64,000 bases of DNA, taken from positions 22,942,001-23,006,000 of the forward strand of contig NC_058369.1 in NCBI RefSeq assembly GCF_018350175.1, in the 5' to 3' direction. The position numbers and the translations under genes were made by a program. Source of the stretch: Felis catus. Lineage: Eukaryota. Below are positions 12,976-25,125 of the stretch, piece by piece. The number at the start of each line of letters is the position of its first letter. The stretch's first letter is position 1. Under the pieces are notes generated by a model, which worked only from the letters and a program-made list of their open reading frames with translations, had not been told where the DNA came from and made no database searches.

Positions 12976-15164
12976 GTTGCTTTGGCTCTCCTGCTCTACC
13001 CGTGTGTGAATCAGACGAGGAGAGCCAACAAGGAAGGAGAAGGGGAGAAAGAAACAGATGTGACCATGTGTCGGTCCTAGCTCTGTAAGGGGTGAAAATT
13101 CTTTGTCTACCTTCTTAGTACGTAGTTGGTGGAATGGCTTGACCATCTCCGGGGCTGCCTCAGCTCTCTCCCACCGTGCTAAGAGACTCTTCCCATTTCC
13201 CCAAGATTTACAGGAAGGACTACCCACTTTGGGGGGAGAGAAAGAGATGGCTGAGCGCCTCTCTAGGGTTCATTCCTAGCAGTGGGAGGGTGCAAAAGCA
13301 AATGGCAGAAGAGAATTCTACCTGGCCAGTGACGACGGTGCACACTGCATCCGTCTCTTTTTTAGACTAATGATGTCTGATTGTTTAAGTAGAGACGAAG
13401 GAGAGCTGTTTATCAGGCCGTTGGATCTTAGGGCTGGAGTTGACCAGATCTTCAGTTGTGAATTGATCTGGCCATCCCACGTCATCGTTTCACAAAGTAG
13501 AAATCCAGAGAACATCCATTAAACTGTAGGAACTGGAAGGTTTCCAAACGGCGAGCTGCTGGGAGCGTGGAAGCAGTTTCACATACAGGGTGCCCTTGGC
13601 GTTCCCCTAGGGAGGAGCAGTGGGTAGTGCGGCGAGCATGGTGAGCACGCACGGCCCATGGGCCTCCTCGGCACAGCTGCCTGGTGTGCACCGTTCCCTC
13701 ACACAGACGGCTGAGCCCAGCTCCCTTTGGTGATACACACCAGATTGCTCAGCATAGCTTTATCCTGATGCAGTCAAGGGAAATTAGTCAACTGCAAGCT
13801 TGGATGATGCCACTAACAAGCTGGCGGGGGTTCAGAAGAGCAGATTCCTCCACTGTGGCCACGGCTCACACAGCGATGGCGAGCATGGTTTTGATTACTG
13901 CACATGTTCCTCCCTGATGAGGGCAAGAACATCTTGGTCTTCTTTACTTTCCAGCCCCCTCTGCAGCCCCCCACATGTACGGACCTTTACACTAGCCAAG
14001 CTGTTTCAGGTCTGTTGCCTCACTGGATCCTCACAGGAACCCCTGGAGGGTAAACAGAAGATGAATTAGCACCTTCTTATGCATACGAATCTGGGACCCA
14101 AGGTTCAGTGACTTTCCCAAGGCCACACAGGGAGTATATGGCAGGGCAGGATGTGGACCCAAGTGTCCTGACTCCTGCCTCAGAGTACACAACCCCAGGA
14201 ATCAATATTGATGATATATATTAGGCAGAATGTAGATGAAGTTTAAAATTTACGTGGAAAATGGAACTGGGAAGTTTGGGACTGCAAGGTATAGGACACC
14301 TGAATAAAGGCTGCTTTAGCCTATAGGCATCTCATAATCTCACGGAAGAGATGTGGAGCAGGGCGGCTGCAGGTTTGGTATGATGCTTCAACAGTGTCCT
14401 CAAGGACCCACATTGGCTCCATCTTCCTGACCTTTGCTCTCCATTCTTAATCTTGTCACCCCCATTGTTGCACAATGACTGCTACAACCCCACAATGGCA
14501 TCCCAAGTGGGAAGGAAGGAGAGAAGGAAGGCATTGGGTAGAGGAGAGTTTTCCCATAATGGCAAGAAAAAAACTCATTAAACTTTCCAGAAAATGAACC
14601 CTTACGTTTAGTTGGCTGGGAATGAATCAAGGGACCATCTCTAGCTTCAAGACAAGCTAGGAAAGCATGCTTTCAGCAGAGGAGGATGGGATAGATGTGA
14701 TGGGCTAAGTCTGGTTTTGCTTCAGGCTTTAGGAATGGGCATCTTGTCACTCTCAACCAATTCAGTCAGCAAAGGAGACAGAGGACAGGGAAATAGCTGC
14801 TTTTTTTCAACAACTGCCCACCTCAGTCCAATATGGACTGAGAACGTTGGAGAGACTCTTCTTCAGGTTGGACTATGAATTGCTTCCTGGATCCTCAGAT
14901 GATGTTTCCATTTGTGGACTGAAAGTCATGGTCCATTTGTCAAGGGCTAATTTCAGAATTGTGTAAATGTGTTTTTGTTTTGTTTTTTTTTTTTTTTTAG
15001 TCCATGCCTCCTCAGAGGAGATCTAAGCTCTATGACCATTGAGCGACAATTTTTCAAGTGCTTTTCTGTGACTAAGAACCAAGATTAAAGAGGAAGCAAA
15101 AGTCAGACTGATGGAAAGCATAGAATCTTGGGGGCCAGAGAAGAGAAATTGGGGGCTTTGAGGT

Positions 15165-15395
15165 CCTCAGATCAGTAGCTATAAAGTCAAACTACCTGGG
15201 TTTGAATTCGGACTGCACCCCTTGTATACTCCCCAGGGACTTTGGGCAAGTTGGCTATCCTTGGTTTGCCCCAGTTTCTCCATCTGTGAAGGGGGAGTAA
15301 TTGGAAGGGCTTACCGCATGAGGTTGAGGTGTCCCGTGAATGAAGTCTAGTCTGTGCCCAGGTGGAGTCAGGGCTCAGTAACAGTGAGTTGCATA
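15165..15395 (+). mobile_element. MIR SINE
   Basis: cctgggtttgaattc...tttgggcaagtt...cagtttctccatctgtgaa. Confidence 0.7.
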
Positions 15396-15729
15396 TATCA
15401 GTATTCTCACTGCTCCTACTTGCTTATTAGCAAGCACCTCGGCACTGAAACAGGATAATCTCTGTCACTGTTGTAGGAGCTGTAGTTCTGGCCCTCTTCA
15501 GTCTGTCCCTGTAGTGTGTCCAAAAGCGGTGGGCCCAAGCTCATCTCTTTATTTCCCCCACTTCCCTGTGCATAGCCCTCCATGGTCCTCACTCCACACA
15601 CTTAAAGTCCAAACCCCTTAGCCAGACTTTGCTTGAGAGCTGGGCCTGTGAGAGGTGGTTCTGGTTCCCTTCCTCTGGAGCTCTGGGCTGGGTTTTTGGT
15701 TGCTGCAGTGGAAACATGATGACACTCAT

Positions 15730-16270
15730 TTGAACACGTTGTACTTGGGCACCTACTGTGGGCCCACCCCTGTCGTTGTCACTAGGGGACATACTGAGGA
15801 ACCAGATATGGACCCTTACAGTGTGGCCCCACCTGTGGTGAGGGATCCAGGCACCAGGCTGTTAGGATTTGGGAGTTTACAGGAGAGGAGCCTCACCTAC
15901 ACCACAGGCTGCTTCCCAGAGGAGGCAGGAATGAGCTGATCCAGAGGATGAATGGGAATCAGCTGGGAGATGCCAGAGCAAGGCTCCAGGCAGAGGGCCC
16001 TGTGTGGGAGGACAAGATGGGATATATCAGAGGACAGGAAGGGAGTTAGGGCTGCCAGTGCCAAGTCTCTAGGGAGGGATAATGAATGAGTGAAGTTGGG
16101 AAGGTCAACAGGGCCAAGTGTCCAGAGCCCTACCGTACCTTGGGAAGGCTGATTTGCAGAGCAGTGGAAAGTGTGAATGGGATTGGCGGGATGCGGCATG
16201 ATCCAATTTGTGTTTTAGAAGGACCCAGCCTCGCCATAGTGCAGAGAATCATGCTTGATGAGAGAAGTGA
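15730..16270 (-). mobile_element. L2 LINE relic
   Basis: Purine-rich and degenerate. Motifs such as gggcacctactgtg and catgatccaatttgtgttttaga resemble the reverse L2 3' region. Confidence 0.55.
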
Positions 16271-16893
16271 AGATAAGAGCACTCAAATTTCCACTCCCTA
16301 GTTGTGAGTTTGGACAAAAACAAATGGTCATATTTTGGGTATTCTGGGATAAGAAATAATGGGAAGGTCGGCCTTGGCCTGTGTGGAAGGTGGTGTCACT
16401 GCTCATGAGTAGTGCTCTGACCCATACCCGCAGAGCCTCCCAGAGTGACCGGGGAATATCAAGGTCCTCTCCTTTCCTCGATTCTGTTGTCACTCACGTG
16501 TGACCCATACACGGGTCCTTTGGCTCCGTAAAACCAAAGACAGGAGCTGGAACTATATCTGCCCGAGTGTGGGATGCTCTTTAGATCCCACCTGGATCAT
16601 GCACTGTCAGCCATGGCCACGGAGCCACTCCTGAAGGACTGTCAGTTAACTGTATACACCCTAAACACTGCCATATATCAGCACATGCTCTAGAACTTCC
16701 TTCCTCAAACAAGGAAAGAATATTGGGCACTTAAGCACAATTTTATATGGGGCACCAATTGAGAAAGTCACCTATGTGAACAAATCGAACCCCTAGTTAT
16801 GTTGCTTTTCTGTTTGTTGGCATGTATCCTTAAGTTATTTAGTACCACTAAAATGGTTAATTGTGTTCTCTTGGCTATTTCATCTCTTTGCAG

Positions 16894-16968
16894 TATAATG
16901 AGGAGCTTCACTATGTGGAACCTTGCCTGAACGGGACATTGGTGCAAGCTGACAGGACAAACAAGGAG
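16894..16968 (+). CDS. CACNA2D3: CACNA2D3 internal coding exon (75 bp; probably exon 9)
   Basis: ctctttgcag acceptor and GTAGGG donor at 16969. Translates YNEELHYVEPCLNGTLVQADRTNKE in phase 0, continuing the previous exon. Contains an NGT glycosylation sequon. Confidence 0.96.
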
Positions 16969-18241
16969 GTAGGGTCTGTGGCCGGGCAGGTGCATCAGGG
17001 GTCATGGCATGGCCTACTCTCCCTCACGGTAGTGGCTGATGCTAATTCTATTCTACTTTTTAGGAACTCATCAAATGTATTGCCTTTAATCATGGCAGTA
17101 AAATAATTACATTGAGTTCAGAAGCTCAGTAGTTCTGAAATAATTGCATTGATTTACTTTTTCTTGCTTTATGTACGTCCTGTGTCATGCTTGATACCTA
17201 TGTTGAAACCATTGAAAGAAAATAGCTTTTGCTGAGATTTCAAAGAAAATTGAACCCACTTGTTAAATCTGTTGTTGCTCTTCCTACAGTTGATTAAATA
17301 ATCATTGGGGTATCTATGGGGGTAACTTGTCTCCCAGGTTAGAAGGTAAGCTTTATGAGCACAGGGATGATGTCTGCTCACTGCTGTGTGTTCAGTGCTC
17401 TGAGCATTGGAACAAATGAAGGATGTGTTAAAGGAGGACCTTGGGAAATGAGGTAAAAGTTTCTCTTCCTATTGGAGCATTCTGGGAAAATGCCCAGAAT
17501 AGGTTTCTATAAAATGAATCCTTTTTCCCCCCTTACCCATCTTTAAACTTATGAGTACAGACCACTATAGCTACCACCATAGCACCCCCTACAGGGCCGG
17601 GTGACAATTTAGGTCGAATTAGCTGTGTAGCAACAATATCACACCTCCTAGGACACACAGCTGCCATTACTCGTGTTGTTTCGTTGTATTTGCCATGAAG
17701 GGCTGCTCCTCTCCTGGAGAGCAGATTCCCACGAGGTAGCTCAGGGCACTGCCAGGGTAGGTTTCTGTGAGGCACTGTGCCTGTGCTGGGGAGACCCCTC
17801 GTGGCTCAAGTGGGCAGGGAGTGGCATTGGTGCCATCTTAGGTGCAGGTGGCATTTCTGAGGGAGTGAACAACAGAGGATTAGGAGAAATTCATTCCAGC
17901 TAGAACACAGAGTGAGAAGGAAAAATTATACCAGAGTTAATATCCAAGCTTCAATTTGAGGGGCAGGAAACACTGTAGTAGGCTTTATGTTAGGAGGGTA
18001 GAAGAAGTGCATTGTAGCTCAAAGAGCAGGTGTATCTAGGGAATGTTTGTTCATGGTCACTTCGTAGGGAATGAATGACTTAAACCTATAGCCAAACTTT
18101 CCTAGGGACCTTCCCCTTGTTTGACCATTGCCTGGGTCTGGATTCTGCCCCATTCCCAATATTATAGCTTTGGAATATCCTCCAGAGCCTCAGATAGGTG
18201 TCCAGTGATGGTGCCTGCAACATTAAATAGAAAAGATGCTT

Positions 18242-18418
18242 GGGGTGCGTGGGTGGCTCCGTCGGTTGTGTGTCCGACTTCTGATTTCAGCTCGGGTCAT
18301 AATCCCAGAGTTGTGGGATCAAGCCTGCACGGGGCTCCGTGCTGAGTGTGGAGCCTGCTTAAGATTCTTTCTCTCTCACTCTGCCCCCCGCCCTGTCTAA
18401 AATAAATAGATAAAAATT
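18242..18418 (+). mobile_element. Older short CAN-SINE
   Basis: ggggtgcgtgggtggctc head and TSD tagaaaagatgctt on both sides. Confidence 0.9.
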
Positions 18419-20401
18419 TAGAAAAGATGCTTAAAATGGTCAAGGCCTCCCTTCAGATTGCTTCCCAAATAAACAAGGAGCAGTGTGATATTTGGATGTA
18501 TGAAGTCTTATGAAAGGCAAAGAAGATGGTTAGATAAAGCAGGCTAAGCATTTATTTAAAACTGTCTTTGGAAATGTGTGAATATTTCCACACATTGGAC
18601 TGGAGCAGTTTTGAATATAAAAATGTATCTAGACATCTAATTCTGCCAATGAGGAACAGCCACATTCCAATCAGATTCTTCCCCTTACAACTAAAAAACC
18701 CTGGAGGTAACCCAGTAAACAAGAATAGGAAGACTCTGGAAGGTGAAAAAGGAAGATGAGCTTCCTGGACTTAAATGCATGAGCTGAGTTCCCTGGGTTT
18801 TCTTGTTGATTCCCACCATCTGTCTGAATGGAGCACTCCAGGACCCTCCCTCTCATACCTACAATAGGCAGAGACCAAAAATAATAATTAAAAAAAAATA
18901 ATTCAAGAAAAGCCTGTTCCTTCTAGCCTAACAGCCAGGAAGGGGGTAGCCTCAAACAGAAAACCTTCTTGACAATACCTTTACTACTGCACACAAACAC
19001 CAGTGGGATGACCGTAGTGGGCAGCCCTCCACCCCTTCAGGGCCCAACGAGGAATCGACCTTCCACCTCACCCGCATCCACTGGGCCCTTGTGCTATACC
19101 TCAACACAGAGACTGGCTGCTAGGAAAAAGATTATATAGGATCCAGAGTCTTGTAACATAAAACCTAACGTGCCCAGAAAGCAGTCGAAAACCCCTAGTC
19201 ATTCCCCAAACCAGGCAAATCACAACATGAATGAGAAAAGACCATCAACAGAAGCCAATGTTGACATGAATCAGATGTTGAAATTATAAAATTGCTTCAA
19301 CAAGCAATTAGGAATTCTCTTGAAACAAGCGAAAAAAAAACTCAGCAAAGAAATAGAAGTTATTAAACAGAACCAAATGGAAATTATAGAACTGAAAAAT
19401 ACAGTCACCAAAATAGAAAGCTCACTGGACCAGCTCAGTAGTAGAGTGGAGATGACAGAAGACAAAATCAGTAAACTTCAGGACAAATCGATAGAAATTA
19501 CCCAATTTGAACAGCCGAGAGAAAATAAACTGGAAGAAAATGAACAGAGTCTCAGGGACACGTGGAGTGATAACAGAAGAGCTAACATTCATAGCACAAA
19601 AGTCCTAGCAGAGGAGAGGCAGAGCAAGACTAGATATGTTGGCTGCAAACTTCCTAAAATTAGTGAAAGGCATAAACAGACATATTCAAGAGGCTGAGTA
19701 GACTCCATATAGCATAAACCCAAGTCACTCCATGGAAGGGCACATCATAAATATAATTAGAAAAGGGGAAAAGAAATAACTTGATAGCCACAGAGAGAAG
19801 GGGCACATTGCTTAGATTACCTATTTGTATGACAGCAGACTTCTCATATGAAATCTTGGAGGCCAGAAGGAAGTGGCATAGCATCTTTTAAGTATTCAGG
19901 GAAAACAGCCATCAATCCGGGACTCTGTATTCAGTGAAAATGTGTTTAATGAATGAAGAGGAAATAAAGACATATGCAGATGAAAGAAAACTATGAAAAT
20001 TTTTTACCAGCAAACCTACCCAGAAAAAAAATGGCTAGAGAAGTTACCTAAATAGAAGGGAAATAACAGAAAGAGGCTTGAATCTTCAAAAAGGACAGAT
20101 ATTGGAATGGGTAAAAATAGGAATAAGTGTACTAGAGTATCCTAATTATCAAGAGATTATTAGGTCATACTTGATAATTGAAGCAGAAATTATAGCATCA
20201 TCTGATGTAGAGGCCACTGTTGCTGAGGAAACACTTAAGCCGATTATATTTTTAAAGTATGGAGGGTAAAAGGACCTAATTAGAAATAAGATTTCTACAT
20301 CGTTCTGAAAGTGGTAAGTGCTGATATCAGTCGACAGTGATACATTACATATTCATATTACAACACCCAGAGCAATTAAGAAAACAATGAAAAGAGGTAT
20401 A

Positions 20402-21135
20402 CAGGTATCCTCCACTTTTGAAGTTCACTTTACACTGTTTTGCTTTTATAAAAGACCTACATTAACACCTGTTTTTGCTAACCGAAAGATATCTGAAGAG
20501 GATTTTCACTTTTTTTTTTTTTAATTTTTTTTTCAACGTTTATTTATTTTTGGGACAGAGAGAGACAGAGCATGAACGGGGGAGGGGCAGAGAGAGAGAG
20601 AAGGAGACACAGAATCGGAAACAGGCTCCAGGCTCTGAGCCATCAGCCCAGAGCCTGACGCGGGGCTCGAACTCACAGACCGCGAGATCGTGACCTGGCT
20701 GAAGTCGGACGCTTAACCGACTGCGCCACCCAGACGCCCCATGGATTTTCACTTTTATAAAGAAAGACAAAAAGCAAAAATAGCATCCAGCGTTTGTTTT
20801 GCTGTGAGTTATTATAGAGGCAGGGTGCACCCTGAGCAGTGAGAGCAGTCCTGCCAAGCTCTTTCCCCAGGAATCACACTTCGCAACTTTGCATGAAGCC
20901 TCCAGAGCTTTGAACCTTGTCTGTGAGCATCTGTGCTTTATCTCCGTTTATTTTGTGTGTCCCTTAGCAAGATGTGTCCTAAGGTGTCCGAAAAGCCTAG
21001 GAGATTATTTTTGGGTCTGGGAACACTCAAAAAAGTTTCCATATAAATTATTGGTAATTGCTTCTTTTCTTTACACCATTTTAGCTTATGACAAGTTTCA
21101 TACGAATGTTCTACTTGCGGATAGAGGGGGGAATG
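20402..21135. mobile_element. Tigger-like MITE inserted at a TA in the L1 inter-ORF region
   Basis: Flanked by TA at 20400-20401 and 21136-21137, with degenerate TIRs. Removing it restores contiguous L1 sequence aaagaggtaTActtaaaaa. Confidence 0.75.
20514..20740 (-). mobile_element. Young feline CAN-SINE (SINEC_Fc2-like)
   Basis: CpG-rich and close to consensus, with variant positions (gccatcagcccagagcc, acctggctgaagtcgg, gactgcgccaccc). TSD ggattttcactttt at 20500-20513 and 20743-20756. Confidence 0.93.
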
Positions 21136-22141
21136 TACTTAAAAAGTAACTGATAGGAATGTAAAAAATAAGACACAACAGGAAAAAGGATAAATTGACA
21201 GACTTAAGCCCTGCCGTATCACTAATGATCTTAAATGTAAATGGTCTGAGCACACAGATTAAAAGACAGAGGTTGGCAAGTGGATTTAAAAAAAAGTCTA
21301 ATCATATGCCAACTACTAGAGTTTCACTTGAAATGCAATGACATAGATATGTTGAAAGTAAAAGGATGGAAAAGATATACCATGCAAATATTAATTTAAA
21401 AAAAAGCAGGAGTGGTTCTGTCAATATCAGATAAAGCCACCTTCAAAGCAAAGAAAATTACTATTACTAGAGACAAAGAAGGACAATACATAATAATAAA
21501 AGAATCAATCCACCAGGAAGACATGACAATGCTAGATGTGTTTGGACCAGAGTTTCAAATATGGAGTTTCAAAATACATGAAGCAAAAACTAATAGAACT
21601 GAGAGTAGAAATAGATAAACCTACAATTATAGCTGGGGACTTGTACACTTCACAGTCAATAACTAATAGACTACTGAAAAGAAAGTCGGCAAGGATATAG
21701 AAGAACTGACCGACCGATAAGATCTAAATAACATCTATAGAACACTCTACCCAACAGCAGCAGAATACACATTCTTTTCAGGCACTCATGGAACATTCAC
21801 CAAGATAAAACATACTCAGGGTCGAAATACAAACCTTAATAACTTTAGCAGAGTTGAAATCATATAGAGCATGCTTTCTGTTGATAATGGAATCAAACTA
21901 GAAATCAATAACAGAAAGACGACAGAAAAATCTCCAAACACTTAGAAATTAAGTATACCACTAAGTAATCCATGGGCCAAATGGAAGTCTTGAAGGAAAT
22001 TTTAAAAATATAAAACCAAATGAAAATGAAAAGACAATATATCAAAAGATGTGGCACAAAGCAATCAAGTGATGAGATGGAAAGTTATAGCACTATTTCC
22101 TTATATTAAAAAGAGGAAAGCCTCAAATTAATAATCTAACT

Positions 22142-22359
22142 GGGGTGCCTGGGTGGCTTGGTCGGTTAAGCGTCCGACTTCGGCTCAGGTCATGATCTCA
22201 CGGTCCGTGAGTTCGAGCCCCACGTTGGGCTCTGTGCTGACTGCTCAGAACCTGCAGCCTATTTCAGATTCTGTGTTTCCCTCTCTCTCTGCCCCTCCCC
22301 TGTTCATGCTCTGTCTCTCTCTGTCTCAAAAATAAATAAACGTTAAAAAAAATTAAAAA
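22142..22359 (+). mobile_element. Feline CAN-SINE within L1 ORF2
   Basis: Perfect 17-bp TSD aaattaataatctaact at 22125-22141 and 22360-22376. Confidence 0.95.
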
Positions 22360-22997
22360 AAATTAATAATCTAACTTCACACCACAAGAAATTAGAAGAA
22401 GGAGACCAAACTAAACCCAGAGCAAACAGAAGGAAGGAAATAATAAAGAGCAAAAATCAGTTAAATTGAAACAGGAAAACCACAGAGAAAAATCAATGAC
22501 ACCAAAATCCGGTTCTTCAAAAAAAATTTTTTTAAACTAATAAATCTCTAGAAAGACTGACATAAATGAAAGGAGAGACATCACAAATCACCAACATGAG
22601 GCATGAAATGGGGAATATCACTACAGAACTGCAGTGATTAAAAATTATTAATAAGGGAATATTACAAACAACTTTACACTCATGAATTTGACAACTTAGG
22701 AGAAATGAACCAAATCCTTAAAACTACAAGCTACTAAGATCCAACCAAGGTGTAATAGATAACCTGAATAATCCTATAAACAATTAAAGAAATTTAATTC
22801 ATAATTTAAAACTTCCAAAGAGAAATCTCAAGTCCCAGATGGTTTCACTGGACAATTCTAAATATTTTAAAGAATTACTATGAATTTTACCGAATCTCTT
22901 CCAGAAAATAGAAGAGGAGGTAAATCCCTCCAACTGATTTTATGAGTCTAGTGGTTCCCTGAGAATCCAGACAAAAATGGTGCAGAAAAAGAAACCT

Positions 22998-23028
22998 ATA
23001 GTTACCTTCCAGGGGAGACTCCATGATG
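22998..23028 (+). pseudogene. 3'-truncated (tailless) U1 snRNA retropseudogene fragment
   Basis: ATAGTTACCTTCCAGGGGAGACTCCATGATGA matches U1 nt 1-32 (ATACTTACCTGGCAGGGGAGATACCATGATCA) at 26/32 positions without gaps. Flanked by a perfect 15-bp direct repeat agaaaaagaaaccta. Confidence 0.8.
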
Positions 23029-24927
23029 AGAAAAAGAAACCTACCAACCATAACCCTCATGAACTTACAGCGAGAGTCCTCAGCAACATTTTAGCACATC
23101 AAATCTAACTATGTATGTATCTATATCTATAGAATAATATATCACCACCAAGTAGGATTTATTCCAGATATGCAAGGCTGGCTTGATATCAGTGTCAATC
23201 AATGTAATTCACCATATAAACAGGCCAGAGATGGAAAATCATATGATCATAGCAATTAACTCAGAGAAAGCATTTGATAAAATCCAACACACATTCATGA
23301 TTAAAAAACAAAACAAAACAAAAACCTCTCATCAAAATAGGAACAGAGGTAACTTCCTCAAATTGGTATCGACTATCTACAAAAACCTACAGCTCATATC
23401 AAACTTAACAGTAAAGGTTTGAAAGCCTTTTCTCTTACAATTGGGAACATGTAAACATGTCCACACTTACCACTCTTATTCAACATAGGGTTGTAGGTTC
23501 TAGCAAGTACAATAAAACTAGGAAAACAACTAAACAGCATACAGTTCTGAAAAGAAAAAATTAAACTCTCCCTATTTTCAGGTGACATGATTATATATGT
23601 AGAAAATTCCCTAGACTTTTCCAAAAAGGCAAAACCTGAACTAATAAATGAGTTAGACAAAGTTACATATACAAGATCAACACCCCAAAACCAATCCTAT
23701 TTCTATATACTAACAATAAACATATGGAAACTGAAATTTAAAAACCAATACCATTTACAATTGTTCCAAAGAAATAAAGTTTAAAAAAAACATGTGCAGG
23801 TTCTGTGTGATGAAAATTACAAAATGATCCTGAAAGAAATCAAAGGCCTAATTAAATAATGGAAAGACTTACCATGTTCATAGATAGAAAGACTCAATGT
23901 AGTAAAGATGTTAGTTCTTTTCTAATTGATCTGTAAGTTGAATGCAATTGCTATCAATTCCAGCAAGGTTTTTGTAGACATAGACAAGGGTATTTTAAAT
24001 TTTACATATGCACAGGACCTAGAATAGTAAAACCATCATGGAAAGAATAAAAGTAGGAAGAATCAATTTACCCTACACTGAAGCCTATTATATGGTTACA
24101 GTAATCATGACAGTGTTGTGTTGATGAAGGAGTAAGCATATAAATCAGTGGAATAGAAGAAAGAACACAGAAATACACCCACACAAATATGCCCAACTGA
24201 TTTTTGACAATGGTGCAAAAACAATCCAATGGAGAAAAACTACCCTTTTCAATAAGTGATGCTGGAGCAATTGAACATCCATAAACAAAAAATGTACAAA
24301 TAAAAAAAAAACAGTTAAAAACACTTAACCTCGATCCAAACCTCCCCACTTAAACAAAATTTAATTTTAATGGATCAAAGACTTCACTGTAAAGTGGACA
24401 ACTTTAACACTTTAAAAAAACATAGGAGAACATCTTCAGATCTATTGATAGCAAAAGCACAATCCATAAAAGGAAAATTTGATACAATAGATCTCTCTCA
24501 TTAAAATTAGAAAAAAAACCTTTTGCTGTGTGAAAGACCCTGATGAAAGGCTGAATGTGGCTTGCAAATATCCTCTCCAGTTATATTTGCAGGCCACATA
24601 TCTGATAAAGAATGAGTATATAGAGAATACATAAATAACCCAAAGTCAACAGTAAGAACAAACAATCTGATTAGAAAATGGTCAAAAGACATGAAGAGAC
24701 ATTTTACTGAAGAGGGTAGATAGATGGCAAGTAAGTACATGCAAAGATATTCAACATGATTAGCTGGGGAAATGCAGATTAAAACCCCAATGAGATATCA
24801 CTACACTCTTATCAGAATGGCTAGAACAAAATTTTTTTTTTAAATTAAAAAAAATAAAGCCCCAAAATGCTAGTCAGGATGTGGAGAAACGGGGTTGTTA
24901 GAAATGTAAAATAGTATAGCCATTCTC

Positions 24928-25125
24928 AGGGCACCTGGGTGGCCCAGTTGGGTGAGCATCCAACTCTTGATTATGGCTCAGGTTATTATCTGATGGTTTC
25001 TGAGTTCGAGCCCTGTGTCAGGCTCTGCACTGATAGCAGGGAGCCTGCTTGGGATTCTCTGTCTCCCTCTCCCTCTCTCTCTGTCTCTGTCTCTCTCTCA
25101 AAATAAATAAATAAACATTTAAAAA
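24928..25125 (+). mobile_element. Feline CAN-SINE within L1 ORF2 3' end
   Basis: TSD gtaaaat(a/g)gtatagccattct at 24906-24926 and 25126-25146. Confidence 0.92.

Noticed and set aside
12682..13227. 181-aa minus-strand ORF
   Set aside because: It runs through a MIR, so it is a repeat-derived chance ORF.
19320..19697. Coiled-coil protein gene
   Set aside because: It is an L1 ORF1 remnant with frameshifts on both sides.
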